Shown here: positions 43,865 to 55,833 of the stretch, in pieces
Layout of the letters: the number at the start of each line of letters is the position of its first letter
Numbering within the stretch: position 1 is the first letter of the stretch
From: Eledone cirrhosa
Taxonomy: Eukaryota
Direction: 5' to 3'
NCBI GenBank assembly: GCA_964016885.1
Contig: OZ024743.1
Span: 214,334,001 to 214,398,000 of the forward strand
DNA length: 64,000 nucleotides
Program-made: the position numbers and the translations under genes
Notes under the pieces: model-generated
Databases searched by the model: none
Told to the model about the DNA's origin: nothing
What the model saw: only the letters and a program-made list of their open reading frames with translations

Positions 43865-44205
43865 GCAGACTAACTCACTCGATATGCAAATTAGGGTACT
43901 CAGCCGTTAACATGAATAAGGAAAGTATATACTTTCAAACGTTCAATCATCTGACATGAAGGTATACGGTGCTGATGACAGCTGATAAGCTAGAAACTAG
44001 TTCATCGTTCCTTTGTCAGTGTTGAACAAAATGGCCACGATGGTTGCCGAACACTGTACGGCTAATATTTCGGGCTGTTTGTTTACAAACAAAACGAGCA
44101 TTATAATAAATGTTCGATAAACTCATACGTACATATATATGTGTGCATGTATGTATACACATACTACTGTACGTCTGTATACATATATGTATATACGTAT
44201 ACATA
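43865..44205. repeat. Dispersed, diverged monomer of the ~430-bp hammerhead repeat
   Basis: Reverse-complement homology to the units at 49895-51082. Confidence 0.88.
43967..44007 (+). ncRNA. Minimal hammerhead ribozyme motif
   Basis: cggtg-CTGATGA-cagc tgataa gcta-GAAA-CTAG-TT-catcg. Confidence 0.7.
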
Positions 44206-44255
<50 letters not shown>

Positions 44256-44313
44256 ATGATATTTAATAAATGGAAACTATGTTTATAAAACCATATTTAT
44301 TCTATTATATATA

Positions 44314-44404
44314 TTAACTTTGCCTTTCATCCTTACGAGGTCTATAAAATAAAGTACCAGTAATGCACTGGTTAATTCCTGGCCTTGTGCCAAACGTAGA
44401 AACA
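44314..44404 (+). mobile_element. 3' half of SINE family A
   Basis: ttaactttgcctttcatcc...aaaataaagtaccag...ggccttgtgccaaacgtagaaac; flanked by attatatata on both sides. Confidence 0.85.
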
Positions 44405-44588
44405 ATTATATATATTTCAAGGGTACCAAAACATTGGTACGCTTTCTTCAAGTACAAAGTTTGTTTTATAAATTTTGACATAACCATAACCTTAACGGTT
44501 CAAGTTTCTCTTGACTATCCAAGACAAACTTGAACCGGTAAGGTATCTTTTCTTGGTTATGTCAACATTTATAAAACAAACTTTGTAT

Positions 44589-44644
44589 TTCATCTGATGA
44601 AAGCGTACCAAAGTTTTGGTACCCTTGAAATATATATAATAGAA
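44589..44644 (+). ncRNA. Minimal hammerhead ribozyme motif
   Basis: ttcat-CTGATGA-aagcgtacca aagtt ttggtaccctt-GAAA-TATATA-TA-atagaa, followed by AATAAA. Confidence 0.7.
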
Positions 44645-44759
44645 TAAATATGGTTTTATAAATATAGTTTCCCTTTGTTAAATATCATTGAGTGCTCTGA
44701 ATCAGTTATAAACATTTATATTTGTTGAATTACCAACAAATTGAATATCCCTTTTGCTT

Positions 44760-44851
<92 letters not shown>

Positions 44852-45359
44852 GTGTGTGTATGTGTGTGTGTGTGTGCATCTATCTATATATATATATGGA
44901 ATGGAAAACGAAAAATCAGTGATGCATCGGAACTCAATTTATTGTGTTTCTATTGTTTCTCCGGCGGACAGCTCGAGGTGCGATCCATGTGTGGATCTAC
45001 CTGACTCTAGACTCGCAGGTTCCTCGGACACGTCTATTGATTTCGGATTATATCCTCTTTCTGAGGTTTTTCTGGCCCTACAAGCCTATATCGTCCACCT
45101 TCATCCGCTTTGCGCGTCCTTGGGTTGGTCACTGGTGAGTGACGTCATCATTATTCTGACCACATGTATCAGCCCCCGCTGACCGCCAGAGTGTGAGCTA
45201 TTACTAGCCCACTGCCCCATCGGCAAGATTACTGCAGTTAGTCAGCTCCCACTCCCACTGGCACACACACACACACATACTGACACATACATACAGAGTA
45301 ACTTGTGTGTGCTTACGTTCACACGCATAAATAGTCACACAAATATACGCACGCATATA

Positions 45360-45456
<97 letters not shown>

Positions 45457-45458
<2 letters not shown>

Positions 45459-46801
45459 CATGAGAAGAAAGAAGAATACTGCGTGGTTGGACATGTGTTA
45501 CATATGATAAAAATAGTCCTTCGTCACTGATTTTCCAACCGCCATTGGTAATTCATCGCATTAAAAATCATATACCTCAGGTTGGTGCGAGCAATAACTA
45601 AAAAATGTTATTGGGACCAGTAAATCGCGTAAAGCAAGGGGGACAAGTAAACAACATAGAAGGATAAAAGCAAACCAAAGATAGGAAAATAAACAAGCAA
45701 CATGGTTGTCCGGTCAGCATAAGCTGGGTGGATTTTATGAGCGAGAGAGGTACAGACCATCCGACGTGAGTGAGATGTAAGCAAGAAGAGTCCCACTACA
45801 AGCCAAACGGGAGGAAGTGAAAAGGGGAGAAACAGAGAGTGAGTGAGTGGAAGTGCGAGGAATAGGTCAGTCGATAGAAAGTGTAACTGACAGAAGGGGC
45901 TAAAGAAGGTGAGAGAAACAGAGAGAGCGAGGAAGCAGTAAGAGAGAAAGAGACAAACGCAACCGAGGGAAATATATATAAAAAACATGAGAAGAAAGAA
46001 GAATACTGCGCGGTTGCACATGGGTTACATATGATAAAAATAGTCCTTCGTCAGTGATTTTCCAACCATCATTGGTATTTCATCGCATTAAAAATCATAT
46101 ACCTCAGATTGGTGCGTGCAATAACTAAAAAAAGTTATTGGGACCAGTAAATCGCGTAAAGTGAGGGGGACAAGTAAACAACATAGAAGGATAAAAGCAA
46201 ACCAAAGATAGGAAAATAAACAAGCAACATGGTTGTCCGGTCAGCATAAGCTGGGTGGATTTCATGAGCGAGAGAGGTACAGACCATCCGACGTGAGTGA
46301 GGTGTAAGCAAGAAGAGTCCCACTACAAGCCAAACGGGAGGAAGTGAAAAGGGGAGAAACAGAGAGTGAGTGAGTGGAAGTGCGAGGAAGAGGTCAGTCG
46401 ATAGAAAGTGTAACTGACAGAGGGGGCTAAAGAAGGTGAGAGAAACAGAGAGAGCGAGGAAGCAGTAAGAGAGAAAGAGACAAACGCAGCCGAGGGAAAT
46501 ATATATAAAAAACATGAGAAGAAAGAAGAATACTGCGTGGTTGCACATGGGTTACATATGATAAAAATAGTCCTTCGTCAGTGATTTTCCAACCATCATT
46601 GGTATTTCATCGCATTAAAAATCATATACCTCAGGTTGGTGCGAGCAATAACTAAAAAACGTTATTGGGACCAGTAAATCGCGTAAAGTGAGGGGGACAA
46701 GTAAACAACATAGAAGGATAAAAGCAAACCAAAGATAGGAAAATAAACAAGCAACATTGTTTTCCGGTCAGCATAATCTGGGTGGATTTCATGAGCGAGA
46801 G

Positions 46802-46805
<4 letters not shown>
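45457..46805. repeat. 527-bp tandem repeat (~2.5 near-identical units), related to the 28470 repeat
   Basis: aacatgagaagaaagaagaatactgcg at ~45457, 45984 and 46511; ORFs 45608-46021 and 46135-46548 are offset by exactly 527. Confidence 0.95.
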
Positions 46806-46842
<37 letters not shown>

Positions 46843-47959
46843 TACTGCAATACATCACCCCCCTGTCCGTGTGCATACACGCACACACAAACTCGCACAT
46901 ATATTCTTACACATATGTATACGTGTATGTACGCATATCTACACACACTTAAATGAATGTACAAAAAATACATGTAAAAAAAGCGTATGAGGATACAGAT
47001 TGGGTTGTGCATACAGACGGAGTTGATATTATGCTGCCAACGTGGATAAATCCGCGTATAGACACCTCAAGCAAGGCTACATATGGGCAGTTCATGGTAT
47101 TAACGTAAAGGGTTGCCCAGACCGTATATAGTAGATGCATGCAGGATATATAAATTAATGTATGCAGAATATATAAAAAAATATATATAAACAAATGTAT
47201 AAAAATGCATTAAAACATATATAAAAGAGATATAAAAGAATATATAAAAATATATATTTAAAATATATGTAAATAAAAATAGAGAAATTAATGCAAGCAA
47301 TATGCCAACAATAATTTAGACATATGTGACTATACCATCAAGATGCAAAAATGTTTAATGTAAGATATAGGAAAAGTAATATAATCTTAATTTAAAACAG
47401 ATCAAGAAGAGAAACTTTATTCACAGACTTTGTGTAAGTTGGGGGAAAAGAAAGCAGTACAATCTTAACTCAAAATTAAATCAAGAAGAAATACTTAACC
47501 GTCAATTTGGGGAATATATATTTAAAAAATACATATATTAAAAAAATACATACATCTGAATTATATAAGAAAAGTATACAAATATATACATTGGTCTGTA
47601 CATGGAAAAATACATGGGGTGTTACGTAATGGAGTGCTTGGAGAATATGCACATACCCATGAAAAGATACACATGCAGGGAGTGCGTGAACAGGCCATAA
47701 AGGGGCATGTCACTGTGGGTGAGATAGAGTGGCTTATTGATGTATTGTACGGGACTGTATATCCGTGGAGGTTGAGCAACTGTGTGTCGGCTCATGCGAT
47801 GTTGTTGCCTAGGATGACGTGCCGAGTCCGATAGGCAGCATAGGTTGCGTCGACTTACCCCACAGGGCATACATAGTCAACCAGGTTGGACCCGTGCCGC
47901 TGTTCCGATCGGCGTCCGCTTCCCCGTATGCGTTTAGCTTGGGCTCTCCGGTTGCGTCC

Positions 47960-48480
47960 ATGCGGAGAATGTGTACCATCTCTGGTGTTTGCACGTCATT
48001 ATAATCTCCGATTTCAGGTTGACGGCATCATCCTTCAATCTAACTTTCTTCATGGCCTCGGATAGGCATAGCCTATATTTACTGTTTCCGGCCTAATATG
48101 CATTTGCATGTTGGACGATACTCAAGTTGAAATCATACGGGGTGTCTTTTAAGTCCCATATTATGTCCGCCATCCTTGTGGAGTGTTTCTGTTACGGTCC
48201 TTGAAAGAGTTTGTGTCATTATACATCCTCGATTTAAAGTTCATGGATTATGCGCCGATGTAGGTGCGCTTGGTGTTGTGCGTGTAAACCACACATTTAT
48301 ATAGTAGGCCCTTCGTTAGGCATCTACCATGCAGGGGAGGTGTGTGCCCACTCTGCAGTTGCAAGTTCGGTCGTTATGTTGCTCATTTCCAACACTGGGT
48401 CCTTGGTTTACCAGGCCACTCACCCGATTCTCTGGGTTTGTTCTGTCGGTCCGGTGGGCTCCACTCCGCCGCTAATTCCG
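47960..48480 (-). pseudogene. Degraded PLE GIY-YIG endonuclease domain (Hydra-like type)
   Basis: Minus strand across frameshifts: TCNCRVG..PLHGRCLTKGLLYKCVV...TYIGA*SMNFKSRMYN..NSFKD..HSTRMADIIWDLK...RLCLSEAM...VNLKSEIIMTCKH. Confidence 0.8.
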
Positions 48481-49209
48481 CGCGGCGGCATATATATGTA
48501 TATATATATATATATATATATACACCACCTTCACCACTAATTGATTTGATAGATGTCTTTAACCCATTGATATGAAATATTATTTGGTGAGTAGTTCGTG
48601 TGTAAGTATTATAAAATACATAGAACATACAATAGAATGTAATAGAATGTACAAGCAATGATTCCAGATATTTGCACTATCGTATATTTTCGTTTCTGTA
48701 ATTCCCTGGGGTATTTGGTTGATCAAATGCCTTGCTTAATTGTTTTATTTACTTTAAAAAAAAAATGTATTTCTCTTAGATATGATGTATTTTTTGAAAG
48801 CAAAGTATTGGCCCCTAAAATACTACAGTGGGCCCTGTAGTGCAATTGCGGGATGCTGCAATGCTACCCTGGGGCCCCTGTGACTCACTTGCCATTGGGC
48901 AACCTGGCAACCTGGCCAGTGCGCAACTGTATATATATATGACAAGATTCAGGACCCTGACGACCGAGATCCGGCCGTTTCGACAGCTAGATCCGACCTA
49001 TATATATATATATATATATATATATTGCCTCGCTTGCCTCGCCCCACGTGGGGTCGGTAACGGTCATTCCTTAAATTAGCACTCGAACTAAAACCTGTTG
49101 AAAAAGTGGCTTCCTTGTTCAATCATCTTACCAGAAGCCTAACATTATTTGTGTAAGCGAACAGTAGTCGATTTAGGAGTCGAGGAAAGCAAATGCTGGA
49201 TGTTACCAA

Positions 49210-49257
<48 letters not shown>

Positions 49258-49312
49258 CGTTTCTGAATTTTTTTATCAAGATTCATTATCTGAAAACGTG
49301 GGTTGAAACCGA

Positions 49313-49840
49313 TATTGTTATACTTTGGGGGGGGGGGGGGGGTCATGGTGCCAATAAGAAACACACGCACCATATGCTTTCACTTCAATTTATTATGAAT
49401 TAAATTTATAAATTTAGGAATTTAGGAATTTCCGGTTGGTTGGTTCCACAAGCAGATGATTGTTCACACATAGAACAAGCAACCAATCAGTAACATGTAA
49501 ATAAACAAATAAATAGACAAATATAAACACACACAGACACCCGGATGTGACCCATGCGCAAATTAAGCTCACAACACACACTAAAACAAGATGGCGTAGG
49601 ACAGAACAAAGGAGAGGCACAAAAACAAAGGAAAGAATCCCAGTCACTGAAGAGGTCACATAATGTGTGAGGAAAGAACTTTGACAATATATGAACAATC
49701 ATCTGGTTGTGGAACCAACCAACCAACCGGAAATTTATAAATTCCTAAATTTATAAATTTAATTTAGAATAAATTGAAGTGAAAGCGATTGGTGCGTGTG
49801 TTTCTTATTGGCAACATGACCCTCCCAAAGTATAACAATA
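49313..49840. repeat. ~150-bp inverted repeats flanking a 225-bp spacer
   Basis: 49313-49466 mirrors 49692-49840. Confidence 0.88.
49643..49685 (+). ncRNA. Minimal hammerhead ribozyme motif
   Basis: gtca-CTGAAGA-ggtcaca taatg tgtgag-GAAA-GAAC-TT-tgac. Confidence 0.6.
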
Positions 49841-49849
49841 AATAAATAA

Positions 49850-49890
<41 letters not shown>

Positions 49891-50148
49891 AAACATGAAA
49901 CGAAATTTCATTTCTCACTCTTAGTACGGCTGTTACTTAAATATAAGTATGTATACGTACATACATATATGTATACAGACGTACAGTAGTATGTATATAT
50001 ATATATATATATATACATACATACACACGTATGCATTCACCGAACATTTATTATAATGCTTGGTGTGTTTGTAAACAAACATCCCGAATTAAGCCGTACA
50101 GTGTCTAGCAACAATTCGTTGGTCATTTGTTCAACACTGACAAAGGAA

Positions 50149-50189
50149 TGCTGTACTAGTTTCAAGCTTATTAGCTATCGTCAGCAACG
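50149..50189 (-). ncRNA. Minimal hammerhead ribozyme motif, unit 1
   Basis: Minus strand cgttg-CTGACGA-tagc taataa gctt-GAAA-CTAG-TA-cagca. Confidence 0.8.
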
Positions 50190-50583
50190 TATACCTTCCT
50201 GTCAGATAATTGAACGTCTAAAAGTATATATATTCCTCCTGCATATTAACGGCTGAGCAGCCTAATTTGCATATGGAGTGAGTTAATCGGCCGGGGCACC
50301 GAAAACGATAAACGGAAAAGAATGAAACGAATTTTCATTTCTCACTCTTAGTACGGCTGTTACTTAAATATAATATGTATACGTAGATACATTTATGTAT
50401 ACAGACGTACAGTTCTATGTATATATATATATATACATACATGCACACATAATTATCTGTGTACGTATGGATTCACCGAACATTTAATATAATGCTCGGT
50501 GTGTTTGTAAACAAACATCCTGAATTAAGCCGTACAGTGTCTAGCAACCATCGTTGCTCATTTGTTCAACACTGATAAAGGAA

Positions 50584-50624
50584 GGCTGTACTAGTTTCAA
50601 GCTTATTAGCTATCGTCAGCAACG
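50584..50624 (-). ncRNA. Minimal hammerhead ribozyme motif, unit 2
   Basis: Same core and stems as unit 1. Confidence 0.8.
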
Positions 50625-51016
50625 TATACCTTCATGCCAAATAATTGAACGTCTGAAAGTATATACTTTCCTTATGTATATTAACGGCTGAGCAACCCTA
50701 ATTTGCATATGAGTGAGTTAATGGGCTGGGGCACCGAAAACGATAAACGGAAAAAATGAAACGAAATTTCATTTCTCACTCTTAGTACGGCTGTTACTTA
50801 AATATACGTATGTATACGTACATACATATATGTATACAGACGTACAGTAGTATGTATATATATATATACATACATGCACACATATATATATATGTACGTA
50901 TGGATTCACCGAACATTTATTATAATGATCGGTGTGATTGTAAACAAACATCCCGAATTAAGCCGTACAGTGTCTAGCAACCATCGTTGCTCATTTGTTC
51001 CACTCTGACAAAGGAA

Positions 51017-51057
51017 CGCTGTACTAGTTTCAAGCTTATTAGCTATCGTCAGCAACG
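51017..51057 (-). ncRNA. Minimal hammerhead ribozyme motif, unit 3
   Basis: cgttg-CTGACGA-tagc taataa gctt-GAAA-CTAG-TA-cagcg. Confidence 0.8.
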
Positions 51058-51221
51058 TATACCTTCCTGCCAGGTGATTGAAGGTTTCATTTTTTCCGTT
51101 TATCGTTTTCGGTGCCCCGGCCGGTTGACTCACTCGATATGCAAATTAGGCTGCTCAGCCGTTAATATGCATAAGCAAAGTATATACTTTCAGACGTTCA
51201 ATCATCTGGCAGGAAGGTATA

Positions 51222-51262
51222 CGTTGCTGACGATAGCTAATACGCTTGAAACTAGTACAGCG
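51222..51262 (+). ncRNA. Minimal hammerhead ribozyme motif, inverted unit
   Basis: cgttg-CTGACGA-tagc taatac gctt-GAAA-CTAG-TA-cagcg. Confidence 0.8.
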
Positions 51263-51419
51263 TTCCTTTATCAGTGTTGAACAAATGAGCAACGATGGTT
51301 GCTAGACACTGTACGGCTTAATTCGGGATGTTTGTTTACAAACACACCGAGCATTATAATAAATGTTCGGTGAATCCATACGCAACACATTTAAATCTTT
51401 AACACAAGCTAATCGGCAT

Positions 51420-51755
51420 GCCATTCTATCCGGAAGTAAGGTTTTTAAGTGACACAAAACTTTCAAATGAACGAAATGTGGCAGTGGTTGCAAGTGGTGT
51501 TAGTAAAATATCACGGATTTAAAATTAAATTGATAGCAATAGAAACGGGCTTGGATAAAAATGCAGGGAATTTACCAGACCATTTACAGATGCTAAAAAT
51601 GTGTGCAAAACTACAGCCCAAATTCCTGTCTGCGGAGTAAATAGCGAACCGATTGAAATTCTGTCAGGATTTGATAGAAAGCTCGAAATTGAGCCAAAAT
51701 TCCTGCAAAAATCAATAACAGGAGAAGAATCATGGGTATTCCAGGACGATTCATG
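51420..51755 (+). pseudogene. Mariner-type transposase relic
   Basis: DHLQMLKMCAKLQPKFLSAE*IANRLKFCQDLI...EPKFLQKSITGEESWVFQDD resembles the mariner KxCAxWVPxxL...RxxxC...FLxxIITGDESW region. Confidence 0.7.
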
Positions 51756-53579
51756 AATGTTTCAACAACCTTTCAAACTCAGCTTTGGTTTGTGATGTGG
51801 TCTCACATGAAGTATTAATGCACCATAAAGACATGCTTGGGGTTTCGGCTGACCTCATATCTAACAATGTTATTTACCGATCGGAGGTAGGGAAGTGAAC
51901 TTCAATACTGACAGCATTTTGATTTTGTAATGACAGCCGTAATACAGACATCGCCATCATGTTGGGTCTCCTTCTTGCGCCTATTCATCTAGGGTACTTT
52001 GAAATGCCCTTCATGCTGTGAACAAAAGACCAGCCACAATTGCATTTCCCTATCAGACCTCAGTCCGTTTCACATAGGCTCTGTACACGTGCCTTTGTCT
52101 GATCATTGATTTCCATTAACATCATAGTCATGTGTTTTTCATTTACAGTTTTCTATTTTCTATTGTTTCGAGAGCTACACCGAAAGTTTGTGAAAATGTT
52201 AATCGAATTTGAAAATACGTGTGGGTTCCTATATCGGAAATGCACTCACGCATTAGAAATATGACAAATAAAGCTATTTATAAAAAAAAGTGTAATACAG
52301 TGTTTTCTCTATAACAGGTATGCTACTGCTTCAATTTTTCTTCGTAAACAAGCTTTAGAAAACATTCCTGTTGAAAAGTAGTTTGTATTTCAGATTGTAG
52401 TCCAAACTATTTTATTAACAGTAGTGATAACACTAAGTTAATTTACCCTTCAGCATCTGATTATTCCAGTTCAAGTAGAACAACCAATTATATGGCAGCA
52501 ATAATTTATATATTTTATTGCTGTGAATCTACTTACACAATGGGATTGCTGTTTGACGATATCAACAGCTAATTAGATGATATCCTTGCTATTAAATTTG
52601 ATTCATTGCTTCAATAAGCTCGGAGATATCTCCACAAGATTTTGTCTGAGTTTTCATTTGATTTCCATGTATGTTTTCGAAGTAGGAAGACGAAAACAAC
52701 TTAACGTTGTTATAGATTTCCCTCTAGCAGTATACGTCATAAACAAAAGCAGTTTGTACGCATCAGTATTAGTTTATACATAGAAGTTTTATGATGGATA
52801 AACAAAACAAATTGTATTCAAATGTTACACATTATTTAAATCCCCTGGTAAATTAAACTTATTTAAAGCTGCAATATATAAAAAATAAAATAAAATCAGT
52901 AACATATGAAATAATACGGAAGAATTTGTGTACGCTATTAGATGTGTTGATGTGTTTATGTGATTCACGACACGATATACGTATAAAAAGTTACTTGTAA
53001 GAAACAATATTAATATATGTCAATTTAACTGCGAGGTTTTATTGGGAAACGTTAATTGAATCAGACACAACGAAATATTATATTACAAAATATTTAACTG
53101 AATATTCTGAATTCATGAAAAATTATAACTTTGTTATGAATTTGAGATTATCTGTCAATTAAATAACGGTTAATATTTTTGATCGAAAGAAATATTGTAC
53201 TCCATACAACGAATGTGATGATTATGGAATTATTCAACATTATATTGCAATCATAATACTACTACATTTGGATTATTGTCATTGGAAAAATGTGCTGTGA
53301 TATCACAGTTTACAGTATTAAAGTTTGCGTAAAGGCATCATTAGTCCTAGTCGCCCATAAAAAAAGGGAGAACGCTTGAATGTAGTTAGCCATTGATCTT
53401 CTGCTGTAAAGGGTCAATAAGAAAACTACATATTCCTCGCAAGAATAGATTGTTGTAGTTGGAACATTGCATAAAATATCATGCTAGAATCTCACTGTAA
53501 GTATTAATGGTTAACTGACGGGAGAGTATATTAAACCAACAATATATTTGCAAGTTCACTTAGAAATATTTAAAAGAAT

Positions 53580-53970
53580 GCATGAATATAATGGAATCTG
53601 GAGAGTAGAGAAAATATTGAGAGTAGAACACAATCTCTACTGCTAGGCCCCCTCACTCTTTGAGTGTGGGCTGCAACTTTCATAGGATGACTATGAATGA
53701 TTGAAGCTAGAGCTATAAATTCTTGAAAGCATTCATTTCAACTCTTCTTATTAATAACTGCATCGGTTTTCTGCTGGTAAACTAAGATCTTACTGTTCAA
53801 ATGTAACTAGTAGAGATCTCTCTTGAAATAGACACAATTTGGCACCATGGTGTTATCAAGTAGCTGCAGAAAAAGGGTTTAGCCTCCAAAAATAAGCAGG
53901 CTGACATGGGTACTATATCGACAAGATTTATCAAGAGGGCAGTTGAATTTAGGAAGGGAAGGGGGAACGT
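53580..53970 (+). pseudogene. Possible ancient LINE RT relic
   Basis: Weak peptides such as VEISLEIDTIWHHGVIK*L (cf. LDxxKAFDxVWHxGLxxKL); heavily decayed. Confidence 0.3.
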
Positions 53971-54414
53971 AGAATATGACAATATCGTGATAAATATCGA
54001 AATAGGGTTCAGTATTTTTAAAATGTCAGTTTAAATACATTCATAGGTTGTTAATTACATGCAACACATGTGTGTTTTTAGTATGATACATTAATATTAA
54101 AATAGATATGGGTTATCAGCAAGACCTGCGAAAATTAGTTACCAAATACCTCTTACATCAAAGTAATTAAGTGAAGCTCTGATACTATAATATGCAGACA
54201 AACACAATGGTCAAAGCTAGAACATCTTGCTTGATATTTCGGGTAAATTACAGCTACTCTCGGATTAACAGTTACAATATGAATTGCATCGTACACAAGT
54301 GGTAGAAGTTACAACAGAAAACATGAATCATACGTTATAATACTAAAGAACTATGATGGATTTTAACATTACTTCTTAGAAATGAAACCGATAGCAACGA
54401 TAACATACGTACAG

Positions 54415-54491
<77 letters not shown>

Positions 54492-55074
54492 GTGTGTGTG
54501 TGTGGGGGGGTGAGAGTATACTGTTAAATTCACACAATCACAAACACACACATACATATATATTAAAAAATATTATGAAAGAATGTTTTCTCAACGGCTT
54601 TGAAATTTTAGCATCGTTTGTTTAAGGATAATTGAAAATATTCTTCAGAGATTTGGTGATGTCTTAGACGACGTTAATATTTAAAGAAAAAGACATTGCG
54701 AATGTAAATATGTGATAGTGAACAATTTATGATTATGTTGCTTTGAGACCTTTATTTACTTTAGAATAGTTTCTCATACATTCTGCTACTATTCGGTTGA
54801 ATTTAACTTCAACATATATATATATATATATTCACAAAGCTGCAATAGTACCGAGTTACGCAATATGCATCATTATACGAAGACAGGCTAATTCTATCTC
54901 CTGTAGCTAATAAAGAAACATATCTATTTATCTATCTTTAATTATTCGTGTGAATGTCTGTGTGTGAGACAGCTCACACCTATGCAGTTTTAGCTGGCCT
55001 CCTCCAAGGTAATATCTAGTTGGAGGTGTCTTGGGTAATTCAATGATAGGGACCCTTGTCCTATCATCTCATTT

Positions 55075-55196
55075 CTACAGCTGACTAAACTGGAGCAACG
55101 TGAAATAAATTGTCTTGCTCAATGAAACAACACATTACCCGGTCCGCGAATTGAACTCAACCTTTCTATTGCAAGCCCAATGTTCTAACTTCACGC
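55075..55196 (-). mobile_element. Degenerate SINE, family B
   Basis: ctggagcaacgtgaaataaattgtcttgctcaa core and B-box complement gaattgaactc. Confidence 0.55.
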
Positions 55197-55269
55197 AAGT
55201 TAACCAGTGACGCATCCAGGCCTCGGGTAATGGGCTTTTTAAAAATATTTAAATACATTCTGTTCTCAT

Positions 55270-55575
55270 ATCTGACTTGAGTAACCTACCCGCATCATAT
55301 ACGTCTTGTATCGTCTCTTCGAGAACAACTCACTCTTCTGAAGGAGCATTCTGAACACTGACTGGCGTACATTTGGTTTCATCGATTTTTTTTTTTCAAA
55401 GCTTAGTGATTCTGATTGCATTAGGAATTGGAGAATGCATCTTGTGCTTTGCTGCTGATGTTGGATCCCGTCAACAGCAGATCCCTTTTGATGCCCATAC
55501 ATGATTTACCTTCATGGAAGATGCGTTTGCCTTGCCAATCCTGGTTGCTACGTCTCGGTCGGTTGCCTCGCACTT
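55270..55575 (-). pseudogene. Possible degraded RTE fragment
   Basis: Minus strand DRDVATRIGKANAS (cf. RTE DxxxRIxKAxxAF) followed by MYG. Confidence 0.35.
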
Positions 55576-55774
55576 TTAATACTGTCAACATCACCTAATA
55601 TCACAATATACATATGTAGTCATTTATATGAAGTCTAAAAGTGAGACATGTTAATCAGGATTTTCACCTGTTTCTTCTAAATAAATAGGCGAAACTGCAG
55701 AATAAAATGACCCACATTTTCGCCATAATAGAGTATTGACTAGTCATTTCTCCCAGCCGTTAACTACAGCCACT

Positions 55775-55831
<57 letters not shown>

Positions 55832-55833
<2 letters not shown>

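Larger units (their letters stand above)
44254..44745. repeat. Palindromic inverted pLTR (to ~44690) with a SINE inserted in the left arm
   Basis: 44254-44313 plus 44406-44510 mirror ~44520-44690; centre gtttctcttgactatccaagacaaac. Confidence 0.85.
49895..51382. mobile_element. ~430-bp tandem array plus inverted unit, one hammerhead per unit (candidate non-LTR retrozyme)
   Basis: Units start at ~49895, 50322 and 50756; inverted copy 51084-51382; no credible coding capacity. Confidence 0.8.

Noticed and set aside
45608-46548. Two near-identical 137-aa hydrophobic ORFs
   Set aside because: Result of a pyrimidine-rich strand in a young tandem repeat; no domain and no matching ORF in the related 630-bp repeat.
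52530-52730. Possible minus-strand exon
   Set aside because: Stops occur before the candidate donor; no recognisable homology.
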